DNA of 64,000 nt from an uncultured Nitrososphaerota archaeon (lineage in GTDB: Archaea > Thermoproteota > Nitrososphaeria > Nitrososphaerales > Nitrosopumilaceae), in the NCBI GenBank assembly GCA_963824385.1, contig CAWGPD010000001.1, forward strand, positions 224,001 through 288,000, read 5' to 3'. A model generated the notes under the pieces. It saw only the letters and a list, made by a program, of their open reading frames with translations. It did not search any database and had not been told where the DNA came from. Of the stretch, positions 39,920-51,076 are shown piece by piece. Position 1 is the stretch's first letter. Each line of letters begins with the position of its first letter. Made by a program: the position numbers and the translations under genes.

Positions 39920-40171
39920 ATGACTGATTCTCAATATGACTCTGAAATTGAGGAAGTATCAGCTATGATCCTTGCAGATAAAATATCCTTGGATGAGCAG
40001 GACAATTCAAAGTTAAAAAAATATCAAGATTTTGCAAAAAAACAATTCCGTTTAGACGAAGAACAAGCAATCCAACTTGTAAACGAAGCATTTTTGTATC
40101 TAAAGTTAAAAGGTGCAGATTCTGCGGATCTTCTACAACAGGGAGATCAATTCGGTGCAGGTTTTAGCTAA
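39920..40171 (+). CDS. Hypothetical protein
   Basis: 83-aa acidic ORF. Confidence 0.7.
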   Translation: MTDSQYDSEIEEVSAMILADKISLDEQDNSKLKKYQDFAKKQFRLDEEQAIQLVNEAFLYLKLKGADSADLLQQGDQFGAGFS

Positions 40172-40212
40172 TAAAATCAAAATAAAATAACAACATAATG
40201 AAGAAGCGTATC

Positions 40213-40716
40213 TTACAAACTAAACTTTAGTCTAGTCTTTGCAGATATTGCAACTATTGAAATTATTGCAGCTACAAGAACTATAAAGGACAGTTCGCCA
40301 AATTCTGGAACTACCTGCGTTCCAATGATCTCTATTTGCTGAGTGCCTTGTTGAAATGACACAGTCACAGTTCTATCAGTACTAGTTTTGCTTTCAGTAA
40401 AATCAGTATCTGCCCCATCAACTAGTACAAAGAATTGATCATCACCAGTAGATGTTTTGGCATCAATTAGTGCCCTTGGCATAGTAATTGTCATGTTTCC
40501 ATCACTTGCAGACTTGATGAAGACAATAAGAGAGGTGTCCTGTTGACTAATCGATATAGTGTCTAATGTTGCTCCAGTCATGCTATAATTTACAATGTAT
40601 GATTTACCACTTTGTGAGTCTTTGACAGTAAACGGTTGTGATGTTTGTGCAAATACAGGAGCCATGCCTATTGAAAATATGATAACAGTCATGATTGCAT
40701 ATGAGCCCCATTGCAT
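40213..40716 (-). CDS. PEFG-CTERM exported protein
   Basis: Signal peptide, PR.LIDAK...FFVLVDG, IEIIGTQVVPEFG followed by TM. Confidence 0.85.
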   Translation of the reverse strand: MQWGSYAIMTVIIFSIGMAPVFAQTSQPFTVKDSQSGKSYIVNYSMTGATLDTISISQQDTSLIVFIKSASDGNMTITMPRALIDAKTSTGDDQFFVLVDGADTDFTESKTSTDRTVTVSFQQGTQQIEIIGTQVVPEFGELSFIVLVAAIISIVAISAKTRLKFSL

Positions 40717-40814
40717 GTGTTCTTTTTTTTTATGTCGTATTTGACTTTTGCTAGTAAGTGCCACATTCTACAGACTAGAAAATTGGAAATAGGGCCACTC
40801 TAGCAAAATATCAG

Positions 40815-41772
40815 GTGGAATTGCTTTTGACAAGACATCACATGATTCTCTCAGTAATGCTGTTGGGCATAGTAATGTTATCTTTTGTTGCATATCATGA
40901 AAGTTATGCAGTGACAGATTATCAAAACAGTCAGCCAAAGATTACTATCACTATTAGTTATACCAACAATACATCAATGACTCATACAATTCTTGTAAAT
41001 AGCAACCAGAAATATACAGTTTCACAGGAATATTCTTGGACAAGCGATAATTTTACTAGATTCAACTTGCAAGGATATCATATTGACAATGGACCTTTTA
41101 TTCCCATTCAAAGAGAATCGGATGGAAATTTCACATTAGATATTTTAACAGATTCTAATCACTCAATAGTTTTTTTAGCAAAACCTCAATTTGAAATTAT
41201 TACATCAGATACAGACAAGATAAGTTTCTCGCCTCCATCTCCCACAAATGATACATGGTTTGATGCAGATTCAGATGTACAAATCATTGCACCATATGTG
41301 CTACAATCAGATCAAGAAAACACACGACGACAGACTTACCGGATGGTCGTTGGATAGTCCAGATATCAATGTAATTTCAAGACAAGAATCAGGGACTTTC
41401 AAATCTCATTTTGTTCACATGTCAAGTATGCATAAAATTGATCTAGAGTATATGACACAGTATTATATCAAAGTAATTTCCAATTTTGGGCGAGCTCTTG
41501 GAACAGGGTGGTATGATTCGGAGACCATTGCAGATATATCCATAATGCCCAGTGATGATGTTCTTGTCAAACATGTCTTTACAGGATGGCAGGGCCAAGT
41601 CATAGGAAGTGGAAATCAGGAATCTGTACAAGTATTTGTAGATTCGCCAAAGACCATTGTGGCCAATTGGTTTGTCGATTATACCAATGTAAGCATCATT
41701 TCAATATCTGTCATAGCAGTTGTAGTTGGATTAGTAATTTACCAGAAAAGAAGAGTCCCTTCAAAGGCATAA
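40815..41772 (+). pseudogene. Exported membrane-anchored beta-repeat protein, +1 frameshift near 41333
   Basis: ORFs 40815-41357 and 41248-41772 join (RQ-LTGWSLD). G.GWYD...F.GW.G repeat and C-terminal TM. Confidence 0.7.
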
Positions 41773-41822
41773 GCATAGAAAATGGGAGCGAGAATTTAAA
41801 ACCATCATGTTCAATTACATAC

Positions 41823-43154
41823 GTGTTGCTACAAAGCCAAGATCCCGTAGCCATACGTGAAGAAATTCAAAACATCCTAGTTACTAATGGTTTTAAAAGA
41901 GAATGCTTTTCCAAGATTTTAGATTATACAATAGATCTTTTCGAGTCAAAGGGCTTGGGTGTCGATTATTATGGATATCACAATATTGTTCACGAGTTAG
42001 AAGTGACCTATGTTACTTTACTTGCGGCCCAATGGGAAAGCACGCATGGAATTTTAAAGCCTGAAGATTTTCCCTATCTTTTTGTCGCTGCACTTTTTCA
42101 TGATTATGATCCTCAGAAAAAAGTAGACAAGCCACACGAAGAAGACGCGGTCAAATTTGTTATGACAGATGAAAAACTCGATGCGTTATTAAAAGATGCA
42201 AATATTGATAAAAATTTGATTGCCGCATTAATTCATCGAACTACATATCCTTGGAATGGAGAGATTAAAGAAAATACAGAAAAGAAAATAGATGATTGTC
42301 TTAGTAAGATACAAGCTGCAAATGAAGATGAGGTCAAGAAAGAACATTTCAAGAATATGGGATGGTTTCTTTCAGTTACAGATAGAATTGCAGGATATAC
42401 TCTCGGTGATTTTACAAAAGCATTGGAGATGGCACAGAAAAACGCTCATGCATTAGCGTGGCATCCATATTATATCGTTAGAAGATCAGTGGCATATTTT
42501 GAAGATCTTCTCAATAATGATGCAGAGATGTATCAAAGAGTGTTACGTGCACTTCCAAGAGACATGAGAAAAAATTTCACAGACAATGTTTTAGCTTTTA
42601 TGAGATTAAGAGAACAGGAAATTCAGATAGAAGGATCACTTGTTTATGATAACGCAAAATTTTTTGCAGTGATCGAACCAATGTCAAGACGTCAGGACTC
42701 TGAATTTGTAAACACGTTATCTGAAATTTATCATCAATTGCCAAAACCACTCCGATTCAAAAACAATGAATTTATTGAATCAGTCATGGCCAAAGATACC
42801 ATACTTAACACATTAAGATTGGGAAGTGACAATGGTCCAGTCATAGGTTTTGCAAAAGGTGGACCTCTTGAGACATACAAATTACGACCTGAAATCACCG
42901 ATGTAAACTATGGATTAAACAATACTGCTTTCATGGAACCACTTGCAATAAGAATGGGATATTGGGGGCAAAGTGGTGGACGGGAAATGAGGCTACTATT
43001 CAATATGCAAGCTCAGGCAAAAGGATACAAATACCTCACAGGTTTTGCGTTACGCGATGTAATATCAAGTAGAATTAAGAGAAACGAGCCGATGGAATTT
43101 GTAAAACAATTCGATCCAGAACGTTGGGATTACTACCGTGCAGCATTACAATAA
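41823..43154 (+). CDS. HD-domain protein (PDE-like YHN..H / HD) with C-terminal GNAT-like region
   Basis: YHNIVHELEV, AALFHDYD. C-terminal EPLAIRMGYWGQSGG. The likely start is GTG 41823. Confidence 0.75.
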   Translation: MLLQSQDPVAIREEIQNILVTNGFKRECFSKILDYTIDLFESKGLGVDYYGYHNIVHELEVTYVTLLAAQWESTHGILKPEDFPYLFVAALFHDYDPQKKVDKPHEEDAVKFVMTDEKLDALLKDANIDKNLIAALIHRTTYPWNGEIKENTEKKIDDCLSKIQAANEDEVKKEHFKNMGWFLSVTDRIAGYTLGDFTKALEMAQKNAHALAWHPYYIVRRSVAYFEDLLNNDAEMYQRVLRALPRDMRKNFTDNVLAFMRLREQEIQIEGSLVYDNAKFFAVIEPMSRRQDSEFVNTLSEIYHQLPKPLRFKNNEFIESVMAKDTILNTLRLGSDNGPVIGFAKGGPLETYKLRPEITDVNYGLNNTAFMEPLAIRMGYWGQSGGREMRLLFNMQAQAKGYKYLTGFALRDVISSRIKRNEPMEFVKQFDPERWDYYRAALQ

Positions 43155-43166
43155 ACAGTGTGTATG

Positions 43167-43715
43167 CTATTGAGATTTACTTGAAATTTTTCTAGAACTG
43201 ATGAATTTTACCAAATGTATCAGACCAATAAATGGCCAAGATATGACAATTATCAAAAACACAGACCAAACGGCTTGTCCATAATTAAGATAATTTGCTA
43301 ACAAGTTCAGTGGAAATACGTATTGTATCACACTATATGGTATAAAATTAGACAAGATTGGTAAAACATAAGATTGCAAGGCATTCCATCCTACAAAAAC
43401 TGTAATAAAAAATAAAATTGTTTTTCGTCCAACATATTTTTCAAATCCTTTTCTTTTAATTTCAGTCGTTTTTTCACCAAGTTCTCTTATTTCATCATGT
43501 AATTTCGTTATTGCAAATTCTACATTTTTCTGATAAGATTCAGGGTCTTGTGGGCCTAGACATAGCGGAACCATGATTTGTAAGTATTTTTTATCGGAAT
43601 CTGGAAGCGGTCTTCCTTCTTGTAAAAGTTCAAGAAGATATTCCAGTCTTCCTTTATCACCTTTGCCAAGAATCAGAATTTGTTGGATTGCGCCTATTAG
43701 ATCTTCTGACAACAT
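43167..43715 (-). CDS. Hypothetical membrane protein
   Basis: GD.GRLE motif at the N-terminus, two C-terminal TMs. Confidence 0.7.
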   Translation of the reverse strand: MLSEDLIGAIQQILILGKGDKGRLEYLLELLQEGRPLPDSDKKYLQIMVPLCLGPQDPESYQKNVEFAITKLHDEIRELGEKTTEIKRKGFEKYVGRKTILFFITVFVGWNALQSYVLPILSNFIPYSVIQYVFPLNLLANYLNYGQAVWSVFLIIVISWPFIGLIHLVKFISSRKISSKSQ

Positions 43716-43878
43716 ATAATTCAGAATTTACCCAGATAAAAGCGATTAACTATACGGTGAAAGTAATCAGATTTTTAGTCACTCCAGCCTCTCAAAATAG
43801 ATTGATATAATTTTAGAAGATAATTCCAATTACACAAGAATCAGACATAAACAAAGTTGAAGAAGAAATTCTGTTAAT

Positions 43879-45141
43879 TTACTTTAGAATGATTACTGCG
43901 GTTGGTGGCAAGGCTGGATGTGTCACTGTGATAGTCACGGTAGCCCCATCCTTTCCAAATTCATTCTTGACAATATTTGAGAACACTAGGTCCTCAGATC
44001 CGCCAAGAGGAACATTTGGTGCAGTAAATGAAGGGTTTGCAGTATTTGCATTCATCAATTGTACTGGTTCACCAGAAACTTGTGTCCAAGAGAATGTCAA
44101 GTATGAGCCTGTACTCTTTGTACCATCAAGTGTAACTGTATCACCACCATGAACTACTTGATCTTGACCTGCATCAGCTTGTGGTGGTGGACCTGGTTCA
44201 GGCCATGCTGCAAAAACATATTGTTCACAAGAACCTACTGGGGCACCGGATTGACTAATTGTCAACTGGAAATCAAATACGTTACCTCCAGAAGTGGATG
44301 GAATAGATACTGTTGGAGCTAAATCAGTTGTAGATGAGATTCCAATTGGCATGCCAGAGATTTGAGCCCATTGATATGAAAGTGGAGAATCAGAAGGATT
44401 GTTGACTGCCTCTGTTAGTACTGCTGAACCACCTGCATAGGATCTAATTATAGGTCCACAACTTAATGTTGCAATTTTGTAAGCAGAAGAGCTGATAACA
44501 TTTACAGTTACAGAGTCTGAACCAATACCACCATTACCGTCATTTGCAGAGATGGTAAAGTGTAAAGTCGCATTACCGCCAGGAGCAACAGATGGTGCGG
44601 TAAAAGTTGTAATTAGATTAGTTGGATCAGTCAAAGTAACTGGTGAACCTGAATCTTGGGTCCATGCATAAGTCATAGTATCACCATCTGGTGAAGTAGC
44701 ACTGGCCATAAGAGTAAGTGGATTTCCTTCCATCACTGTAAGTTCATGAGTGGTTGTTACTACTGGAGGATGATTAACATGAATAACATTAAGGGTAAAA
44801 GTTGTAACACTTGAAAGTCCTTGAGGATTAACTACGGTTAGTGCAAATTCCAAGTCTACTGTTTGACCAGATGCAACAGCTGGAGTTGTAAAACTAACAT
44901 CGGCACTGGAAGTAGAGGATAATGATACTGCAGGACCAGATAATTGTTCCCAAGAGTAGGAAATATTTTGGTTCTGAGGATCAGTTGATTGATCACCAGA
45001 TAGAGTGACAAGAGTTTGCTCGTTTACAGTTTCACTATTTGGAGTTGATACAGCTCCAGTTTGAGCATATGCAGAAACTGAAGATAGTCCGAGTGAGAAT
45101 AATGTAACTGCCAAAACTGCAAAAATTGCTCTTGAATTCAA
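43879..45141 (-). CDS. Exported protein with four PKD/Ig-like repeats
   Basis: Repeats of VTL.G..S..P...(Y/F).W.Q.SG..V.L......F.AP. Signal peptide from TTG 45141. Confidence 0.85.
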   Translation of the reverse strand: MNSRAIFAVLAVTLFSLGLSSVSAYAQTGAVSTPNSETVNEQTLVTLSGDQSTDPQNQNISYSWEQLSGPAVSLSSTSSADVSFTTPAVASGQTVDLEFALTVVNPQGLSSVTTFTLNVIHVNHPPVVTTTHELTVMEGNPLTLMASATSPDGDTMTYAWTQDSGSPVTLTDPTNLITTFTAPSVAPGGNATLHFTISANDGNGGIGSDSVTVNVISSSAYKIATLSCGPIIRSYAGGSAVLTEAVNNPSDSPLSYQWAQISGMPIGISSTTDLAPTVSIPSTSGGNVFDFQLTISQSGAPVGSCEQYVFAAWPEPGPPPQADAGQDQVVHGGDTVTLDGTKSTGSYLTFSWTQVSGEPVQLMNANTANPSFTAPNVPLGGSEDLVFSNIVKNEFGKDGATVTITVTHPALPPTAVIILK

Positions 45142-45850
45142 CTTGTGTGTTCTATTTTTCCGAATATTAAAAACCTTTCTCTTAAATGATTTGTTAGTCA
45201 GGATCGCTAAAAAAGTTGGCAAGAGATTTTATTTTAAAACGGATTTGGGAGCTCAAAATGATCCATTTTTAGACAAAAAATCAAGTAATTAATTTTTCAG
45301 ATCTGTACTAGTAGAGGACTTTGATGAAACATCGTGGAAATTTCGTGTTTTTGATCAAAAGTCATTGCCTTTCTTGATACTACTCGTTTTTCCAGACTAG
45401 GACGTCCTCTTTAATCAAGGATGGAATACAATACCAACTAGAGAAGGCGATCACTGAGAAATTCATTTCAAGAGGTCAATCTGATTCAAAGGACGCGGTC
45501 ACCTTGAGCGAGCATGTTTTGGAAGAATCACATGTAATGCCGCCAATGTCTTATCTACTGAAGAAATTCCAATCAATTGCAACCAGTTTTTGATGTTTCA
45601 ACTCCACCATAAATGACATGACATAACAATGGGGCTTCACACAAACCATGATTTCCAGAAGCACATCTCTTGCACTTGAAGTTACAATTCATCATTTGGA
45701 TTGATTTTCAAATACATATGATTTAATTCAATAGTCAAAAACCCATAGTTTCCAATCTAGTCTGTAATTTTCCATGCTACTAGAATCATATTTGACAAAG
45801 TCATCATAGAAACGACTTGAACATAAAATAAAAAAAATGGCAATAGGAGT

Positions 45851-46207
45851 TTACTTGTTCCACATCTTTTGCCAAGTTTCAGCAAATTTATTCATCATGT
45901 CTCCATAGGTTTTTACTTGATCCATACCAGACTGATTGAATACTTTCTGCCAGTTATCACCAAATTGTTTGAATGTTTTAATTCCCGCCTCGCTCATAGA
46001 TTTTTGCCAATTTTCAGTAAATTGATGCATGGTTTTATCACTTGAATCTTTCACTGCCTTTGCCATGACATCGTTATACTTTGATTGAACATTTTTAGTT
46101 GCCTCTTGAAGAGATTCAAAGGCATCCATCCAAGCCTTGAGCGATTTATTATATTCAATCCACAATTTGTCCCAATCTTTAGGTGGAGATTCTTTTGACA
46201 TAGACAT
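45851..46207 (-). CDS. Trp-rich amphipathic helical protein (PhaE/phasin-like composition)
   Basis: Repeated F.E.WQK motif. Confidence 0.65.
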   Translation of the reverse strand: MSMSKESPPKDWDKLWIEYNKSLKAWMDAFESLQEATKNVQSKYNDVMAKAVKDSSDKTMHQFTENWQKSMSEAGIKTFKQFGDNWQKVFNQSGMDQVKTYGDMMNKFAETWQKMWNK

Positions 46208-46322
46208 GTAATGACGTATTACTTGATAAAACTATTGATCATTGTCACAGTGTATTTTCCAATTCAAACCAGAGTAAAGATTCACCACAATAGATAAAAT
46301 CAATTCAAACATAGAACAAACA

Positions 46323-46760
46323 TTGAATGTATCAAGTTCCGCCTTTGAGAATGAAGGAATTATTCCATCAGAGTTTACCTGTGATGGCCAGGATCTTTCA
46401 CCACCTCTCAGTATAACAAATGTTCCAAAAAATACAAAGACTATATCAATTATAATGGATGACCCTGATGCCCCGATGGGAACTTTTACACATTGGGTGG
46501 TGTGGAACATTCCTTCTCACAAGATACATTTCACAAGAGGTGAAAAGTTTGATTTTACTCAAGGACGTACTAGTTTTGGTACAACGGAATATGGTGGACC
46601 GTGTCCTCCATCTGGCACTCACAGATATTTTTTTAAAATTTATGCATTAGATACAAGTCTAGATCTAAAGCACGGTTCGGGTGTAAAGGAATTACAAAGT
46701 GCAATGTCAGGACATGTTATAGCAGAAGCAGTCCTAATGGGAAAATATTCTAGAATCTAA
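46323..46760 (+). CDS. YbhB/YbcL (PEBP) family protein
   Basis: DDPDAP..FTHW, YGGPCPP.G.HRY.F.IYALD. Confidence 0.92.
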   Translation: MNVSSSAFENEGIIPSEFTCDGQDLSPPLSITNVPKNTKTISIIMDDPDAPMGTFTHWVVWNIPSHKIHFTRGEKFDFTQGRTSFGTTEYGGPCPPSGTHRYFFKIYALDTSLDLKHGSGVKELQSAMSGHVIAEAVLMGKYSRI

Positions 46761-46772
46761 GTAATAAAAATA

Positions 46773-47384
46773 TTATTTTTTCTGAAGTTTTTTTTCTTTT
46801 TTAAAGTCAGATATTCCAAGTAATATTCCAACAATAAATGCTATAATACCAATTGCCACCATGCCCATAGACACCTGAATCATATTACACTGTATTCCAT
46901 ATGACGCGTTACAGTTTTTACTCAAGAATGGGTCTTCGCCCATAATTACATTAATTATTACAGGTTGACTTCCAATATCAGAGATCTTAATTGCGTATAA
47001 TCCGCCTTGATCGTTTCGCTGTATGATATGATACAAAAATCCATCCTTGCTTTCTTTTTCAAATATCATCCCATTTGGTTCCATTCCCTCCAGATTGACA
47101 GAACCAGATGAGGGAATGGTGTGAACTATAATGACATTATGTTCCTCAAGTTGAGCTGAGCGAATTGTAAAATTAATAAATTGATTTGGCAAGATTTCTT
47201 TATTTGTTATCAAAGCGGACTTTGTTTTAAGTATAGACTCGACAGATTGATATGGTAAATCAAAAAGATTTGCACCAATAATTACTGCAATAATACCAAT
47301 TGATGCAACTATTGGACCACGTGCTAGGGACGATTTTATCAAGTACGTATAATTTTTAAGGTGCCTAATAAGAAACTTCAGCAA
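46773..47384 (-). CDS. Hypothetical membrane protein
   Basis: N- and C-terminal TMs around a beta-rich domain. The true start is probably downstream. Confidence 0.6.
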   Translation of the reverse strand: MLKFLIRHLKNYTYLIKSSLARGPIVASIGIIAVIIGANLFDLPYQSVESILKTKSALITNKEILPNQFINFTIRSAQLEEHNVIIVHTIPSSGSVNLEGMEPNGMIFEKESKDGFLYHIIQRNDQGGLYAIKISDIGSQPVIINVIMGEDPFLSKNCNASYGIQCNMIQVSMGMVAIGIIAFIVGILLGISDFKKEKKLQKK

Positions 47385-47427
47385 TTTTGTGCTTAGAACA
47401 TTTTCAATACACTTAGGGTAAACAAGA

Positions 47428-47721
47428 TTAATTCATCATTATACAAAGAGGTTTCCTCATACAAAGCAATGTAATAACAGACATGATTTTTTCATTATGA
47501 TAAAGTATCTTCCATTTGATGATCCTTTTCAGAGATTCAGAAGAGGCAGCCTCGATTTTAGCTAAAATATCATACTCACCAATTACTTCCAATACCTCTA
47601 CAATACCCTCAATTGAATGAAGTTGTTCTAGTACATCTTTTAGATGATCAGACTTGCATTTTATCATAACATGTGCAGTTGCCATATCATGAGAAGACTG
47701 GGTATCAGATTCTTCATGCAT
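47428..47721 (-). CDS. Lrp/AsnC ligand-binding domain protein
   Basis: AHVMIKC...VIGEYDILAKIE. Confidence 0.8.
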   Translation of the reverse strand: MHEESDTQSSHDMATAHVMIKCKSDHLKDVLEQLHSIEGIVEVLEVIGEYDILAKIEAASSESLKRIIKWKILYHNEKIMSVITLLCMRKPLCIMMN

Positions 47722-47902
47722 AAAATCACTTGAGAATTTTTGTATCTAAGAATTGTCCATATGTTGTATATACAATCTGTAATTTCTAAAGAACTCTAGT
47801 ACGCACATGTAAAATCATAGAGACTATGCAAAACTACAAATTAATTCATAGTGATACACAGATTAATGTTTATGATGACCCGTTTACATTATAGGATGTA
47901 AT

Positions 47903-49138
47903 TTGAAAAAAAGTCTCACAATTTCAACGATTATCATTTGCATTATGATTTCTCAAAATATAGTTCCAACAGCAATGTCTCAGATATCATCCATCCCCTC
48001 TGGAAGTTATTCTTCATCACTAATTCAGTTTAACAAAAAAGTATTTAGCTGGACTGACCGTGTGTACATTACAATTTTTGCGCCAGATTTCAACTCAGAT
48101 CCTAACATTATTGATGAACTTGGAGTTACAGCAGATGACAAAATCACCATCTCTACAAGTGGTCACAGTATACCATATCGTTTAGTTGAAACAGGTCCAA
48201 ATACAGGAATATTTAGTGGCTATGTGACACTTACTGGGGATCCGACACTAAAAGGTTCAGCAGGTGTGGACGGTCAGGGAACAAATCCTACAGGGATTCA
48301 ATCAACATGTAATCCAATATGTGGTCCAACAGATGGATTTCTTCCAAGTGAGCAAAATGATGGAATTACAGTCTCATTTGAATACAACCGTGATCAGGTT
48401 GTTACTGGTTCGGCCCCAATTCGTTGGAATGTAGGTAGCGTAGAATGGCTCCAATCAAGTTATCCCGTAAACGGTCAAGGAATAGTGCAGATAATAGATC
48501 CAGACATGAGCCTTAATCCAGACGCAGTAAACAAGTTTGATACAAAGGTTTGGTCGGATTCGGATTCTGGTGGCATAAAGTTAACAATGATTGAAACCAA
48601 TCCTGGTACTGGAATCTTTCAGGGAACAGTATACTTTACTACAGATCTAACTTCATCAGGAAGCAGATTACGTGTTGCATCAGGAGATACTGTGACTGCA
48701 GAATACATAGATACGACTCTTCCACTCCCATATTCAACATCTGACCAACTGCACCTTACTGCAACAGCAATTGTAGGGACGTCCCTTCCACCACTTGAAC
48801 GGGCATCTGCTGATAATGCAAGGATTTTAGACTCTGCAGGAAAACCAGTAAGCAAAGTGAGTGCAGGTCAACAAATACAGATTGTTTCAGATGTAACAAA
48901 TCAAGAAAATAGAGATCAGTCAATTACATATTTGGTACAAATACAAGACAGTAATGGAATAACTGTATCCCTATCATGGATAACAGGTGCAATGGTTCCA
49001 AACCAGACTCTAAATTTAGGTCAGTCATGGATACCTCGTGCTCCTGGAACATATACCGCCCAAGTCTTTGTGTGGGAAAGCACTAACAATCCAAATGCAT
49101 TATCTCCGCCACTGTCATTGCAAATCCAAGTTACATAG
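47903..49138 (+). CDS. Exported S-layer-like Ig-domain protein
   Basis: Signal peptide, two ET..TGIF.G repeats, C-terminal VQIQD..G.TVSLSW...SW.P..PGTY..QVFVW domain. Confidence 0.75.
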   Translation: MKKSLTISTIIICIMISQNIVPTAMSQISSIPSGSYSSSLIQFNKKVFSWTDRVYITIFAPDFNSDPNIIDELGVTADDKITISTSGHSIPYRLVETGPNTGIFSGYVTLTGDPTLKGSAGVDGQGTNPTGIQSTCNPICGPTDGFLPSEQNDGITVSFEYNRDQVVTGSAPIRWNVGSVEWLQSSYPVNGQGIVQIIDPDMSLNPDAVNKFDTKVWSDSDSGGIKLTMIETNPGTGIFQGTVYFTTDLTSSGSRLRVASGDTVTAEYIDTTLPLPYSTSDQLHLTATAIVGTSLPPLERASADNARILDSAGKPVSKVSAGQQIQIVSDVTNQENRDQSITYLVQIQDSNGITVSLSWITGAMVPNQTLNLGQSWIPRAPGTYTAQVFVWESTNNPNALSPPLSLQIQVT

Positions 49139-49192
49139 GTACAACTCAGAATATTCCATAACAAATTTGAACTTAGAAATATAATTAAATAA

Positions 49193-49699
49193 TTGTCTCA
49201 CATATTTTGTTACAGGTTGCACAAGGAAGTACTAAAAAGAGTATATTCTCATAAAAAATATGTAGTTTTATCCATTTCAATATTTGTCGTATTATTGATT
49301 TCTTTTTCCATGGTTTCAGAATTCATTTTCTTCTCACCTGTCTTTGTTTTTTATGTTCCGACATATGCAATTTTTGACTTCATGCTAATTGTGATAATTG
49401 CTGCATTGTCTGGAATTGTCATTAGTTTAGGAATTTATCGTGTTCATATATTGAGTAACAGCGTAAAAAAATCTGGAACAGGATTGTTTGGCTCTATCAT
49501 CGGAGCAAGTGCGGGAGCATGTAGTTGTGGACCATTGGGGTTTGCGGCAGTATCAACATTTGGAACTGTTGGAGGAATTGCCACCTCGTTTTTTACAAAT
49601 TATGAAACCCCATTGAGATTAATATCAGTTGCAATATTGTGTTATACGTATTATGCGTCAGTCAAGAGCATAACAACCCAGTGTAATATTATCAAATAG
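49193..49699 (+). CDS. Membrane protein with CSC motif
   Basis: About four TMs, GACSCG. Confidence 0.65.
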   Translation: MSHIFCYRLHKEVLKRVYSHKKYVVLSISIFVVLLISFSMVSEFIFFSPVFVFYVPTYAIFDFMLIVIIAALSGIVISLGIYRVHILSNSVKKSGTGLFGSIIGASAGACSCGPLGFAAVSTFGTVGGIATSFFTNYETPLRLISVAILCYTYYASVKSITTQCNIIK

Positions 49700-49889
49700 A
49701 GTCAGTCATTACAAGATTAGACCACACAAGGGATCTAAGATTGTTTTACGGTTGGAAATCAATACAAGTAGGCCATTTTAGAGCAGGCGTAATTGTCAGG
49801 ATTATCATCAATCTCACCAATTCAAAAAATTTCAATTGCACAAAATATTTTAATTTATTTGAACATTTATCAGTGAGAATCACCTAACA

Positions 49890-50510
49890 ATGGCATTGAA
49901 CAGAACCTCGGTTCCCATATCTAAAAATGATGTCAACAATTTGCATAAAAAAGCGCTCAGATTACAAAAAGATGGAAATCATGGAGAAGCAATAAAGAAT
50001 TTTGACAAGGCGTTGGAATTTGAACCAAATAATTCTGAATTACTATATGACAAGGCAATATCATTTCAGATACTGTTAAGATTTGATGATGCTGTAGAGT
50101 ATTACAACAAGTCATTAAAAATAGATCCTAGTAACTTTGCAACATTTATCAATAAAGGACTATGTCTTTCAAGCCCAAACATGAATAGACAAGAAGACGC
50201 CCTTTTTTGTTTTGACCAAGCTCTCATACTAGTACCAAATGATCTTGGCGCCTTATCACTCAGAGGATATGCGCTAGATAGTTTAGGAAGATATCGTGAA
50301 GCAATAGATTGCTTCGATAAAGTTCTTGAAGCTCAACCAAAAGAAATCAACATTCTAACAAACAAAGGTTTAGCCCTATCACATCTTGGGAAATATGATG
50401 AGGCAATAGCGTATTTTGATACGGTACTGGATTACGAACCAAATAATTTTTTTGTGATGCAATTAAAACAAGAAGCCTCTAAAAGCATGAAAAGAGATTT
50501 TTTGCGTTAG
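49890..50510 (+). CDS. Tetratricopeptide repeat protein
   Basis: Five TPR units (EAI..FDK.L..P). Confidence 0.92.
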   Translation: MALNRTSVPISKNDVNNLHKKALRLQKDGNHGEAIKNFDKALEFEPNNSELLYDKAISFQILLRFDDAVEYYNKSLKIDPSNFATFINKGLCLSSPNMNRQEDALFCFDQALILVPNDLGALSLRGYALDSLGRYREAIDCFDKVLEAQPKEINILTNKGLALSHLGKYDEAIAYFDTVLDYEPNNFFVMQLKQEASKSMKRDFLR

Positions 50511-50662
50511 TTATCATAATACTGTTGATCAAATACATAATCATATCAGATTGACTTTTTTCATACAACAATCATAGGAATTAGTCACTAAACTTTAGTA
50601 AATTAACTAATAAAAAAATCCAACTACATCAATGGTTAAATAGCAAAAAACTAGAACTTGTT

Positions 50663-51040
50663 TTGTTGAATAAAAAAGATGCTCAAGAGATAGTGAAAGA
50701 AATTCTGGCAATTAGTCAGTATGTCAGATTTGCAGGTGTGATAGATAGTAAAGGCAAAGTTGTGGCGTATGCCAGGAGATTAGGACATGAGCCTCTACTA
50801 AATATAAAAAATACATCAGACCAGTTTTCTCATCTAGCAATTAAGACTCGTATGGCATCACAATTTAACAAACAACTAGGAGATGTGCAATTCATGTGGG
50901 AGGAGAGAGAAAAAGTTCAGACTATTTCTTTTGCACTAGGCAAGAATACAGTGTGGGCATCAATTGATAAAAAAGTAATTCGATCTGAGGTACTTAGAAT
51001 AATAGACAATTGTCTTCCCATTGTAAAGCATTTTTCATAG
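50663..51040 (+). CDS. Roadblock/longin-like hypothetical protein
   Basis: VRFAGVID.KG...LG.V.F. Paralog-like to 55179-55553. Confidence 0.65.
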   Translation: MLNKKDAQEIVKEILAISQYVRFAGVIDSKGKVVAYARRLGHEPLLNIKNTSDQFSHLAIKTRMASQFNKQLGDVQFMWEEREKVQTISFALGKNTVWASIDKKVIRSEVLRIIDNCLPIVKHFS

Positions 51041-51076
51041 AAATATTCGTGAAATAATCTTGAACAATAAATACAG

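Noticed and set aside
41586..41822. N-terminal extension of the HD ORF as given in the track
   Set aside because: It overlaps the preceding gene in another frame and looks non-coding. GTG 41823 is more plausible.
45240..45800. RNase P or SRP RNA
   Set aside because: The conserved GAGGAAAGUCC-type and SRP helix-8 motifs were not found on either strand.
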